Assembly: GCA_030248215.1 (NCBI GenBank)
Contig: JASANG010003930.1
Span: 186,001-250,000 of the forward strand
Direction: 5' to 3'
Source of the DNA: Enoplolaimus lenunculus
Lineage: Eukaryota
DNA length: 64,000 bases
The notes below the pieces were generated by a model. The model searched no databases. It was not told the origin of the DNA and saw only the letters and a program-made list of their open reading frames with translations. Of the stretch, positions 51,801 through 64,000 are shown piece by piece; within the stretch, counting starts at the first letter, position 1, and every line of letters begins with the position of its first letter. Made by a program: the position numbers and the translations under genes.

Positions 51801-52081
51801 CTATTAGTTGATAACCAAAAACAGTAGCCCTTGCGTATTAAGTATAACGGTTTTACACCTACGTTTTCGCTCCAAACTTGTTTCTGGCACTGTCTTCCGT
51901 GGGACTGCCGTGGAGCAATCTTACGCTTGACTTAGGTTTAGGAATACGAGCAAACGGCTTTTACAGTTTAATTGTAATATTTAAAAATCTTTGGGGGGAA
52001 CGTTTTCAGACTATATTTTACTGGACCGCTGCGGGTTTTACAGTGTTAGAGCGTTAGTCAAAGTATTGAAAACGCTGCTTT

Positions 52082-52488
52082 CAGGGTGCAACCGGAATTA
52101 TAAAATACCGGAACCGGAACTAGAAAGTTAAAAAATACCGGAACGGGAAAATACAAAATATTTGTGACCAAAAAATTCATTTTTAAGCGCTATTTTATCG
52201 ATTTTAATGCAGTGAACACCCCATTTAGAATGCCAAAACACTGAAACAAATGCAGTAGGTGGAAACATAATAAATTATGGAGTGTGGCTGGCAATACACG
52301 CTAGGACAATTTTGGATAAATAAGTTCGAATAATATACCAATTTTTCTTAAATTTTCGAATGAGAAATAATTTTCAATACCGAAAATACCGGAAAATTCC
52401 GGTGAAAAAATACCGGATTTCTTACAGGAACCGGATAGTGAAAAATTCCGGATTTCCCTACCGGAATCGGAATTCCGGTTGCACTCTG
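52082..52488. mobile_element. hAT-type MITE (CAGGGTGCAACCGG family)
   Basis: TIRs, perfect 8-bp TSD gctgcttt; inverted homolog of 17157-17597. Confidence 0.9.
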
Positions 52489-53425
52489 GCTGCTTTATTC
52501 TGAATAAATGTTTTTTGGCGACAGAAAGTTGATATCAGACAATGAATTGGGCTATTTGCGCGATTTTCTCGAAGCTAAAAGCATAAAAATGAATTTATTG
52601 AAATAGGCATATTTCAAACTAAAATCTATAATTACACCGTAAAACCAAACCCTAAATCGTATCTTAAGGAAATAGTTGGCTCCACCTAGTCTTTCGTACG
52701 ACTTAAGTTTGGCTCAGGCGTTGCTAGAATGAGTATAAGTATAAATCTAAGCTATGGCGGCTGTGTTCGTAATGTAATCTTACCTGGGGCCCTCGGTGCT
52801 GGCTACTATTCCGAGTAACGACATAGCTATAATATGTTAGCATCCAATATGGGTGTCTCGGACATATTTTTGTTGTTGTTGTTAGTTATTGTTCAAAGGC
52901 TGTCGTGTGTCCGGATATGGTTTGCATAGTCAGGCGGACACTAACTTGTGGTGGTCGGTTGGTATGCAAATTAGATCAGGACACTAACCAGGTACCCAGG
53001 ACCGGAACCTATAACTTAGCTTGGGTATCAACAATCGGTTGTGATCTTCAACGTTTCTTTTGAGTTGAATTTTCATATAGTTATCGGATTGAGTGTGTTT
53101 TGCGGAGTCTGTTGGAAATTTTGAGAATTTATTGGGATAAGATTGTCATGGAAAAGTCCGATGTGAAGGAAACCGGGTGTGTATTGTTATCTTGGGTTTG
53201 CACATAGCGCATTTAAATTTCACAGCGCATGGTGGTGTTGTTTTATGGAGTAATTGGGGAATTTGGTGAAAAACCGCATATATGATATGATATTCAAAGA
53301 CAGGACAAACAACAACAAAAAACAATTTGGAATATCATATGATATTCCAAATAAACGCATATATGATATGATATTCAAGACGGATTTGGAGTATCATCTT
53401 ATGTAGTTTAAGACGTATACAATCC

Positions 53426-53762
53426 GCTAAAATTTTGAATATTCCCTCCCAAATTCGAATTTTTCTGCCAAAATTTGAATTTTCCCGCCAAATTTTGAAT
53501 TTTTGCGCCAAAATTTGAATTTTCCCACCTGAATTTGAATTTGCCGCCAAAATTTGAATTTTCAACCAAAATCTTAATTTTCCAGCCAAAATTTGAATTT
53601 CCCGCCAAAATTTGAATTTCCCGCCAAAATGTGAATTTCCCACCAAATTTTTAATTTTCCTGTCTAAATTTGAATTTGCCGCCAAAATTTGAATTTTCCC
53701 GTCAAAATTTGAATTTCCCGCCAAAATTTGAATTTCCCACCAAAATTTTAATTTCCCGCCAA
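53426..53762. repeat. Minisatellite, about 17 x 19-20 bp (CCAAAATTTGAATTTCCCG)
   Basis: Direct tandem units, flanked by TATCATATGATAT palindromes; Harbinger-like end at about 54033. Confidence 0.92.
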
Positions 53763-54883
53763 TTACATGTCGATTAGTATCATATGATATTCCCAAACCT
53801 AGTTATGCAGCTGACTCAGTAGACATTTTCAAAATGATCATATGATATTGACAGACAACCTAGGGAATATCATATGATATTGAAAGAAAAAAACGTGACC
53901 GATACGTGATGTTAGCAGACACCCACTGTTTTTTGAAAATCATATTGGGTTACATCGCAGACAAAATGTTACCCAATATATACAACGTTACAAAACGTGG
54001 CCCAGCTGCACCATTTATAACGTGAACCTCGCATAACTGTGTTTGTTTTGCTATTCTGCACGAAAATTGGCCATTCAAACAGCGTGGCCTGATCGGAAGC
54101 TTGGTGTCACACTAACGGGGCTTAAGTAGAATACACAGCTATTGAAAATCAGGCGGAAATTGCTGTAGTTATTGGCTTTGTGGGCTTGTGGTTGGATTAA
54201 ACAGAACCTAGGCAGATATTTCGGGTCAGGCTTCGCCAATTGGGACATATATCTTGTGTCGTAATTGCGTTGTTGAATAAATAGGTGTTTTATATCGGTA
54301 TTCGGTTTTAGTGCAATAAACAAACGGCCGCGTTAATACTGAATCAGAGCAATAAGCGCACATTGGGATAAAACGGAGTTGTGGTTTGGGGGTTATAAGA
54401 CCAGTTAATCACAAGCTTTATCACAGTAATCTTAGTAACTTGTTTTAAAGTTTGCGTGATTGTAATAACCTTTTCCTAAAGTTTGGTGAGCCATGTATTT
54501 GAGTCAGAGTTGCTAGTTATGATGGAGAATATTGTCGATTCAAAGATTGACCCATGTTAGTTTTAGGAGCGTCCAGGTGTCTGGTGGGTCTATAAAAGAG
54601 CAGGTTCAGATTCTAGATTACATTTTTTGCTTAGGCTTAGGGCTTAGGCTCAGGAACACATTTCTGCAACCGTTAGGCTTCGGTTTAAGCTAGAAATTCG
54701 CATAATCTACTGTTTACGCCCCTTAATGTAAAAATTTTCAGTTAGTATCTACAACCCTGTAACTCATAGAGTATACAAGTAATATATGAGCAACACAGAC
54801 ACTGTGAGCAGTGTTTAACAATTCTTACAAAGATGTGCAATGCAGATTCTCTACAAGACGTGAGAGCCCCCTCGGGCTCGAGC

Positions 54884-54945
54884 GTCAAGTTCCTATAGCT
54901 GAGTGGTCATCGTAAACGCCTCCCCCCGAGAGATTCAAGATCAAA
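54884..54945 (+). mobile_element. Possible tRNA-derived SINE head, degenerate
   Basis: A-box-like TAGCTGAGTGG and weak B-box GATCAAATC; no cloverleaf. Confidence 0.35.
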
Positions 54946-55725
54946 TCTTACATTGAAAGTGCATCTCACATGAAATCGAAAATATTCATGTGAGGAAGGG
55001 TTAAAGTAAACATTGGCCCAAAGATTTGAGTAGTGTTTGTTGTATTGTTCGGACCAGAGTTTAGAGTTTGGATTTTGGGCAATTGGTGTTTCCGTACCCG
55101 TTGTTTCCTACATAAGACCCAGCAAATCTTATACGCTGGTTGTCATTCTCATATTTATGTGGTGCGTCAAATTTAAAGTATTTTGAAATCATTGGGAATT
55201 TGCCTTACAAAGTACTCTTAATAAATCTTGACGTAAATATCAGTAATGAAAAACTGCGATTTAAATCCATTTACATCTAATTTTTATCATATATTAAAAT
55301 AACATAATTTCCAGTATTGCTGCAACAGATACAGATGTCAATTCTTTCAGAAACAGATATCCGGGCGCACACGGTCTTTATTCAACAATACATTAAAATT
55401 AAACACATAATAAATAACGGCGTAGCCGGATATACGTTTTCTTTTTTCGTGAAAATTAGTGTCCCTTTCCAATATAGAAACATCAGAAATTCCGTTATTT
55501 TCCTGCTTTTATTTTGTTGTAACTGTAAATCCTTGTCCCTCAGATTTTCAATAAGGCATACATATTGCAACTGTCAGACTTTGACCTAAAAATCAATGTA
55601 TCCGCTAAAACCGGCGAATATTTTCATGCCCGATTTTTATTTTCAACATTACCCATTTCCAATATTTCATCGCTATCCGTTTCCACTATTTATACCACCC
55701 GTTTACACACTGCGAAACATGTATA

Positions 55726-56335
55726 CTGTAGTGCCCTGAATAAGAGGAAGGGCTGATATTTATTTGGCCTCTTCAGAGGGTAACCCTTATTATTCGGTTA
55801 CGGACTGTAACTTATTTTAAATCCCCCTCCGCCACCCATCGTTACTGATATATATCCGGTATCGCAACTGTCCGTTGAATTAAACAATAACTTGAGCGAC
55901 AATGCAAGGTTATACTTAGGAATGTACTTTCAAAACTTAAGTATGCTTTTAAAGATTCGGCTAATGCAAAGAACAATGGCGGAACAGAATTATAAGCATA
56001 TTCATAAGCCTAAACCTAATTGTTAGAATTAAAAGATTCCTAAGCCTAAGCCAAGTAAACAAATAGTCTACAGCTTAAGCTTGCTCTATTCTAGTCCCAC
56101 AGAAAAACTCTCCGCCCCTGATCTTTACATGGGCCAAACATTCGAACTGAAACTTATTTGGTCCTGGAGTCATTTCTGCACTACAATTAAGGACAACTGA
56201 CATTTACTGACTTGTAATTATGGTTTAAGGACTCTATCTGCCTACAGACTCCTATTAGGGATACGGACTCCTATTGATTTGGACTCAAAATGGGGACACC
56301 CTCTTATAATCGCCCTCCTATTCGGGGAACAACAG
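55726..56335 (+). mobile_element. Tc1/mariner-type MITE, family A copy with nested insertion
   Basis: TA|CTGTAGTGCCCTGAATAAGAGG ... TATTCGGGGAACAACAG|TA. Confidence 0.85.
55959..56135 (+). mobile_element. Merlin-like MITE with CCTAAG tract
   Basis: GGCTAATGCAAAGAAC / GATCTTTACATGGGCC; TSD aaagattc/aaacattc; the empty site is visible in other family A copies (aaagtttc). Confidence 0.85.
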
Positions 56336-57249
56336 TACGTCGTAGCCACAGCAGAAATTTACTCATAAGGGCCATATGGCTTACCACAGTACGAATTGTA
56401 CCAAATAGGTTAAAAAACTACCCTAAAGCATCCAAATTACCCGTAACAACGTGATTGGTCCAAACCTTTTGAGCACACATTTTACTGGTACACGCGAAAA
56501 ATTAAATAGCAAAGCGTTTATTGACTGGTTTAAAATTTGGAAGCTCATCTTTTATTTGAAGCGATATGGCTAAATTGGTGCGGTAGATCGACATATACAC
56601 TATAATTTACAATACTGTTCTTATGCAAAAACAATTTATCTCTAATTTAGCTATAGTACAACCACAACGACCTTGCATCCACTACAGTTTTTATCACGTT
56701 TCCTGTCGTAATTTTACTAAATCATATAAGTGCTGCACCACGAATATCAAAATACGGCGAAAGTTCTCTGAAGTATGCTCGTTACAAACTGTTCATACAC
56801 ACAAAACTATCATCTCTCAATGGTTACTCTTTTTCGTACAGTTACTAAATCCAGCAGGGTACATCAAGATGTGAAACAAAATTAAGCAAATAAACGATAA
56901 ATGCTCTACGAAAATTGTCAAAATATTTGACAAAAATTATCCCTGAGCCGGAGACTTAATTCTGTCGTAGGCAGACCTCCGAATGTAAAATGTAATCTGG
57001 AAATCTTGCAAAATATGGCGCTCTACCAGCAAGCCAGGCCCTGTCAAAATAAGCATGGTCTAGAAAATAAACGGAGAAAGCAATACAATACAAACTTCAA
57101 AAATATACACAATAAGTTACTGCTTGTTTGCTAGCGTATGCCGGAAATAAAATTTATACCTGCAAAATCAAACGTCATTTCTACTAAATGCTTAACTCGA
57201 AAAAAGAAGTTTAATCCAGTGCCATATTAAGCCCTCAACGAAATTTTGC

Positions 57250-57328
57250 TGCGCTTGGGATTTGAGTTCAAACCACAGTGTGGATTACGTACCGTTCCGC
57301 TACTCAAACCACTCAGCTACGTAGCAGT
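57250..57328 (-). mobile_element. Possible tRNA-derived SINE head, degenerate
   Basis: Minus strand TAGCTGAGTGG ... CTCAAATCCC; same A-box as 54884. Confidence 0.35.
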
Positions 57329-58974
57329 GCAAGTACACACTTGTCTCTGCCATGGCTCTATATCATGTACATAGAACGCTTGGTACTTTTTATCATTTCA
57401 TTATACCTATTTTACCTATATGTTTAAAAGTTACATCCCGGGATAAAGAATTATATTCTCATGCCAAATAATGTTCATTATTTAACACAGAATGGTCTAC
57501 GTATATACAGATGGATTGTAATAGCAAAGAAATACTGGATACAAATGTTTTCATACCGTGAAAAAGACAAACTACACAATAATTTTTGACTATATAAATA
57601 AAATATACGTCAACGAGTACTACCGGTAAAAATAGAAAATTCAGTTTAGCAAACAAATATATAGAAAGCAGCCGGATAAGGTCGATATAAACAAAATGTT
57701 CAGCAGTAAAGCGCGGTCCGTTTTCACTAAAATGTTTGCAGCAACACCGCGTAATTAAGTATATATAACGCATACACCTGCATACACAGTTACTACTATA
57801 AATCCACTGCAGATGCCAAATTATAACAAATTATTAGTAGCGTAATTAATTTTTTATTTCGCATTCAAATATACACTTATGCTGCTGTGGTATTTGGCTC
57901 TCTCTGGATATCGAAATCTTTCGCTCCAGTATTTTTGGAAACCCCTCTCACTCTGCTGCGTATACAAGTGAAAATTCGACATGAATTTCCATGACGCCCG
58001 CAACCATATTTTTGATTATGAAAAATCACTATTTGAAGCATCCTAACTTTAAGTGTACAGCCAAACTTTTGCGAAAGTGATGATATACCGAAATCAAAAG
58101 ATACATAAATTAGCATGCATTAATACAGTGTCGGTTAGAATGAAATTATACACTGGCTTTTACTATTGTGACATCGTTCCCATTATTGCTATGAGCAGCC
58201 AAATACGAAACGGATTGATTATTTTAAACACGAATTCAGAACTTCAAAATTATTGCCGAAATAAAATGTATAGTTTAATATTAATTGTCTTGATAGAACA
58301 AACAAATTTTTAAGGACAGCAGAGTTTCAAAAGTTCTTCGAAAAAATGAATATTTTATGATTACAAATGAGCTTTATTAATTTTATTTTAAATCTAACGG
58401 TTGCAGCATATCTGAATTTAAAAATGAATGAGTACTTAGACGATTTACAATTAAACTTACTACAAATGTACCACAATTTACGGTACTTTTTTATTAGCGA
58501 AAACAAACCCCGCTGTTTATTAGAAAGCGATATCAAGTTACACTCTTTTTATCATCCATGCTGCAGCAGGGGCATTCAAATTTAACTATAGGACAAAATC
58601 TAAGATGTAAACAGACGAACTCTTTCCGGGTGAAAACGAATCTAGGTTGTGATTGTTATAGTGAACAATATTCACCTGCATGGATTTTTCAGTTAAGAAA
58701 AGCGCGCCAAGGTTTATTTTTGTAGAAGAAAAATGCAGACAGATGATTATTATATCAAGAAAATCATCATAGACTGATTTTCGTAGGAAAAATGTACGTG
58801 CTCTTGTACAATATTTTTACAGTTCATTTCATGTGAGCAGAGTATTTAAAGTCAGGTTTACATTGTACAAGACTTACTAATTCAAATACTGCAGTAAATG
58901 TTTACTCCAATCGAAAAAGCAAAACCGCAAGAGTTAGTTCCTAAGTGGTACTAACCAATGTTAACAATTTTAGG

Positions 58975-59403
58975 CAGGGTGCAAAGCGGAACTGCATTAT
59001 ACTGGAAACGAAATTGGAATCGGAACAGCAAATTTATACCGGAAATCTAGTCGGAATTGGAACCAGAAATTTTGTGACTGTACGGATAATTTGTATTAAC
59101 AAAATAATATTGATTCAGGGTGTCTGTTAGCTGGCAACAATTTTCAAAAACGCTGCATGAACAAATTGGCGATGACTTTCTGGTTCTGTAAAGCTAAACT
59201 ACAATCTGTTATTGATAAGTTAACTCATCGAAAGTGATTTAATAGATAAATGATACAGAATTCTTAAGCAACATACCACAACAAATAGAACTAAAATTAA
59301 AACTTAAAAATTCCGATTCCGATTGATTGTGCAACCGGAATCGGAATCAAAATTCGTTTTGAATCGCAATTCTAATCGGAATTGGAATTCCGGCTGCACC
59401 CTG
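58975..59403. mobile_element. hAT-type MITE in the rdgB 3' region
   Basis: CAGGGTGCA / TGCACCCTG; perfect 8-bp TSD attttagg. Confidence 0.88.
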
Positions 59404-59420
59404 ATTTTAGGTGATGAATT

Positions 59421-61771
59421 TTATGGTCCAGTGATACGAGGGCTCATTGACTTACTTCTGTTAACAGCACCCGCCGATTCTGAAGCTCTACCGCCAGCTG
59501 GTTTCACATCCAGCCACTTATCTGATTCAGTACTTTTTTGTGTTGAAAACCGGCTAGAGCCATCGGTCGACGTTTGGCTCCAATCCTTAAGTGAGGGCAC
59601 AATATCAGTAACATAATTACTATTATCATTCAATGTTGGGGGTCGTATTTGCATTGATTGTTTATAATACTCTTGCACAACTATTCTGCCATGACCGGTC
59701 GCAGGACGACTAATTGCTAAAGCTCCTGATACAAGTGATGCCAGATGCGCCGAATAACCGTCTGACAACAACGTAAACTTTCCTGAGTAGTGATCTTTAG
59801 AAAATTTCTCCACGGAATCGTCAGATTTTTGTTTCAATCCAGAACTTGTTTCTGCAGTTGAACAGCCACCGCCACGATGCTTAGCTTTAATAGCTTTGAG
59901 AGGATTGTGACTGCTTCCGGATCTTGCAGAGTTCGTACCACCACTAGAACGTCCGCCGGACGCGCTTCCAACCACAAATACCGCATCACCTGGCAGCCCG
60001 ATTGCATTGTACACCGAAATATCTTTTGCTGATCCGTATGCCGTATGCACCTTTATACCACCAGTCGAAATTAACTGCTTCAGTGTGGCCGTTTTGTGCC
60101 GCAACGGTTCTTTTGAAAGTCCGTCGGCAAAATAGAACAGCCCTGGTGGGAACGCGTGAGTCGCCAGCCACGAAACCACTCGACGATGCTGCATATCTGG
60201 CCGAGCGGTAATATAAATCAAAAGATATCCGGAACTTGCCCAGTAGCGTGCAACATCGACAGCGGCCGGGCGGACCTTTGGATCACGACCAGACACCGAT
60301 ACACTAGCAGTCAAGGACCCGTCAATGCTGAATACAACTGTTTCGGTGTCATGTGGCAGAACAGCAAGGGTCATATCTAATACGCTTCGATCCCCGCGCA
60401 CAACCATACGCACCGGATAAAATCCAGCGCAAAGTAGCGACGGTAATTGAAGGCCTTTACGCGAGGCATGAGGTTCTTGTAGTATTTCACGTTGAGTACC
60501 AGATGTAGCAGATACCTCAAATGACAACTGACCATTACTATCGGTAATTCCTGTCCCTAGAAGTGTCCAGACACCTTCGGTGCTATCGCTAAGTCGACCC
60601 GTTGAAATATCACTATGATTATCCAAATCATTAGAATCTGCTGTTGACGCTCGAAACCTCCGCTTTGCCGCAGACTCGAGCACAACTGAACTTGAAGGAA
60701 GCTTCATCAATACATCTACCCGTTCGCCAGCCAACGAGATCATATCTAAATGTCCGTAACGAAATCGCCCCACTAGAACAGCGCTATCACAATTATTATT
60801 ATTATCGCCTGCTTTAGACACCGGGAGCTCACCAGTATTCGAACTTGTTCCAACACCGAGAGTAGCAGACGTGCCTCTTTCCTCCGGATTACTGGAATAA
60901 GCAGACGACGAGCTAGTTTCGACAACAACTTCTGCAAGAATAACATCGTTCGCACGATGATTAGGAACTGCAGATGCTATGCCACGACGGCGAACTTTAA
61001 TCGACGTTGCACGCCTGAGCCATTTTTCACGTTGCACACCTGATGACCGCGAATAAACGTCTTTGTTGGTGGCACCAACAACAGATAGCTCAGCAGTATA
61101 ACTGTCACTTTCGTCGTCAAAATCAGCGGCCGCTCCTGCATTTCCCAGCGCTGCAAACTCAATTTGGTTGTTCCAACCTGGCGGATGCACAATCAACTGA
61201 CGTGCAATAAACGCTGCTATATCTTTGGACTCAAAGCATGCGGCGTGCAATAAATGTGGCAGTACGACGCGCGGAAATCGAGCAATGCCGTCAGGGCAAT
61301 ACACTGCGTAATCCATGCGTCGTGCGGCAGCACCCCAGCCCCACCAACTCATGTTGTCCTCGGAGTGTAAACCTATGTCAGATTCATTTGCAGTTGTTTC
61401 GTTTCCACTACCACTGCTACTGCTGTAAGTTCGACCCATCTTACTCCTCCCACTGCCAGCTGTAGCTTTGATGCCTGCCGAACTTTCATTACGCTGACTA
61501 GAACCAATCATATCACCAGAACTACTATTGTTGAAAATCGTTGACAAATTCGAATTATTGCAATTTTCAATACGAAAATAATGCAAATCAGCGATATGCT
61601 GACTAGAGCCATCGCCTAACGGGTGCCGGCTGTAGCGGGATACCGAAGCCGGGGCGGACAATTCTGCAGCGAGAAACCCATGTGCTACTAATGGTTCGAG
61701 CCGAGCGGCACACGAGTCAGTTACATAGAAAAGATTGTATACCTGACCAACGCACGGGGACGGTGCACTGC
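59421..61771 (-). CDS. rdgB: Membrane-associated phosphatidylinositol transfer protein (rdgB/PITPNM/Nir), terminal exon: DDHD + LNS2
   Basis: Acceptor ttttacag; QVYNLF..D..ARLEPL, RMDYAVYCPDG, REKWLRR..NHRAND, VVFSIDGS..RDPKVRPAAVDV, ITARPDMQ, AYGSAKDISVY. Confidence 0.93.
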
Positions 61772-62661
61772 CTGTAAAACATAACTTAGATATGTTGAGT
61801 ATTAAACTAGCTTTGTAATTACGTAGTGCTGAGCCGTGTCATTTCTTTTTACTGAAATGGACGTATAATTAATTTTTCTTAGAAACATTCGCAATTCCGG
61901 AAAAATCGTTTTGATGACTACATATAGGTGAAAAGCAGAAACAAAAATTTATAGGAATTCGAATGAAAATAGTTGTGTCGCAAGAAAATGCGTAACGTGC
62001 CCAAGTGTGTCAACCATTTTGTTTGTTTTGAATTCTAACGATAAATCAACTGCTAACAACAATATCACTCTTTGCAGGTTTTATACGTGCGTGACCCTAA
62101 ATTTGCATGTAGGTATGCTTGCGTTTCGTTGGTGAGGCGGGCACTAGACCAAAGTCCCTCATACTCGGCAAATACCACCAGGTTCAGCCCCCCATTCGAA
62201 AAATCTAAACGGGTTCGCAATTTCATCTGAAAATTGTGAAAAAGATGAGCGTTGCCACTGGATCAGTGAATGTGCTACTTATTAAGTAAAAAATGCCAGT
62301 AGCAATGCTTATCTGTTACTTTTTTTCGTTTAAGCAAAGCCTTAAACTCGAAATCATTTATTAAGCAAACGTTTTGCTCAAAAAATGAAAAAATTTTCAA
62401 AAATAGAAATTTTTGTCTACCCCTACTTTAAACCGAGGGCATTTCTTGAAAGTCTTCCCAATCGACAAATCTCCCCGGGTTGAACCTGGAGGCCCTTCTG
62501 AAAAAGCCCCTCACTCGAGATTGGGCTAGCGAAATACCAGGTACGTAACCTTAAAAATGTAGGTGTATTTATTTTTTAAAATAATTTGATTTTTTACAAT
62601 GAACTCGTCCGTATTAAAAGTAATAATAGCATAGGCGTTACTGCAATAATAAAAGGATTAC

Positions 62662-62856
62662 CTTTCTCGCTAAATACACCAATACTCTGTCGATGCGCCA
62701 AGACAATAGCAAGTGGACATCCAAGAAGGAAAAGTCGTGAAGTTTCGAAGCATAACACAGTTGAACGAATTGAGTTGCTTCTCTGCAAACGCTCATTTAC
62801 AGCGTTACGTTCCATTCGCTGATTACTTTGGTTCTGTTTGTCATGGTCTTCAATAT
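62662..62856 (-). CDS. rdgB: rdgB/PITPNM exon (start of DDHD domain)
   Basis: gttacag / aag|gtaatc; encodes FETSRLFLLGCPLAIVLAHR; phase 1/1. Confidence 0.85.
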
Positions 62857-63404
62857 CTGTAACAAACAAGGTTAAAAAAGCAACTAAAACTATAATTTAA
62901 CAAGTCAATTTTATGCAATGTGCTTAATCAGTGCACTCAGACCCAACATAAGATAAACAAAATTAATGTTACATTTCTTTATGTCCCTTTAACGTTAAAA
63001 ATATGCATCATCCTTGGTAAAATGATGATGCTTGATAAGTACCCAAGTGCCATACTTTTCTACATACTATCTGAGTTTCCGAAATCTCAAGTATTAACTT
63101 AACTTTTGCTTGTTGATTATCGAGACAAAAGCAAAAAGTCAATTTTGTGCCGCCGCGACAAGAAACCGATAATTTTTCTTCATACCAAGGAGCCACCTTA
63201 AATCTACAATTTTAAATAGACTATGTGTAGTATGTTAGAACTGTCAGACTGTACCACATGAAATATTTTAAATGTCTTAAAATTAACTTAATTTAGTGCG
63301 CTTCTAGAAATTAAGAACAAGTCAAGCAATATTATTACTTAAGTATAAAGTTATACTTAAGTAAGGTTTCAGAAAACAAGCCGTTGTCACATTTTCATAC
63401 TTAC

Positions 63405-63522
63405 CTGTAAGTGTAGTAAACGATTCGAAAGACGATATAGCGTCACCAAACTGTGTTTCAACCACGCTACCTGAACAGTTATTGATTTCAACACGTGGTA
63501 CTGCCCGAATATCCATAGATTT
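63405..63522 (-). CDS. rdgB: rdgB/PITPNM exon
   Basis: ttgcag / cag|gtaagt; open frame KSMDIRAVPRVEIN..; phase 0/1 fits neighbours. Confidence 0.72.
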
Positions 63523-63893
63523 CTGCAATGAATAAATTCAATTTATTTTGCTATCAAATGTATTTCAGTTTAGCGAACGAAACAAAAATATTCTGGAAAT
63601 AAATTTTCATACTTTTTCTGGAATCAAGCATAACAAAAGTAATAGTACTCTAACTGCGTATGAATAGAATTTTCATATAGATGCCTTTAACTAAAAATAT
63701 GACCTCAAACACATACAAAACTGAATTCAGAAACTACGTATACGTTACTGTGATTTTATTAGTGAGACTAATAACGCAGACGTGGGATCACACATTATCT
63801 GTTTAACTGGCTATATAGCGCGTGCTCATACATAAGACCGTCAATTTTTTGACATCTAACTGTTTTAGTTTCATAGTCATCCTAATTTCATAC

Positions 63894-64000
63894 CAATGTA
63901 CTGCATTCGTCAGAGCCATCCATAGCAGCCAAGTTATATTCGCTTGCGTCACTCGTCCAACCTTCCACTGTTTGCTCAGCCAGCTCGCAGATACTAACTG
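63894..64000 (-). CDS. rdgB: rdgB/PITPNM exon, cut by the window edge
   Basis: Open frame VSICELAEQTVEGW..CSTL ending at phase 0 donor gtatga. Confidence 0.55.

Noticed and set aside
52778..52800. ATCTTACCTGG resembling the U1 snRNA 5' end
   Set aside because: No further U1 similarity or Sm site; the region looks more like a retroelement remnant.
53426..53762. CRISPR-like array (also considered for 48370-48972 and 9189-9860)
   Set aside because: Units are contiguous with no unique spacers, there are no cas genes, and the context is eukaryotic.
53335..53796. 153-aa repeat ORF
   Set aside because: Translation of the 19-20 bp satellite.
54884..57328. Functional tRNA genes at the two A-box matches
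   Set aside because: B-boxes are degenerate and no cloverleaf forms; kept only as possible SINE heads.

Overview
Eukaryotic, AT-rich, transposon-dense window, probably from a nematode. That host call is an inference from TTAGGC-like tracts, a MIG-18-like Fn1 gene and nematode-style Sulfotransfer_2 paralogs. Four spliced host genes are supported: a small secreted MIG-18/Fn1-like gene (minus, 6.5-10.2 kb, not assembled by the ORF track), two tandem 4-exon carbohydrate sulfotransferase paralogs (plus, 34-45.7 kb), and the 3' part of an rdgB/PITPNM gene (minus, 59.4-64 kb). The remainder is mobile DNA: a near-complete but disabled Ty3/Gypsy element with a -1 frameshift signal, a second internally deleted Gypsy nested in a hAT element, a Ginger1/GIN-like integrase remnant, a Helentron-type (DINE-1-like) element, LINE/SINE remnants, two minisatellites, and many MITEs of Tc1/mariner-, hAT-, PIF/Harbinger-, Merlin- and CACTG-like type, often nested. 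I found no CRISPR array, rRNA or intact tRNA, and no clearly demonstrable new system. The best leads are Merlin-like MITEs carrying telomere-like TTAGGC tracts, a satellite built from an E2F+CHR (DREAM)-like motif, a foldback element with nested hairpins, and a Gypsy leader lacking a canonical PBS. All coordinates were read by eye.
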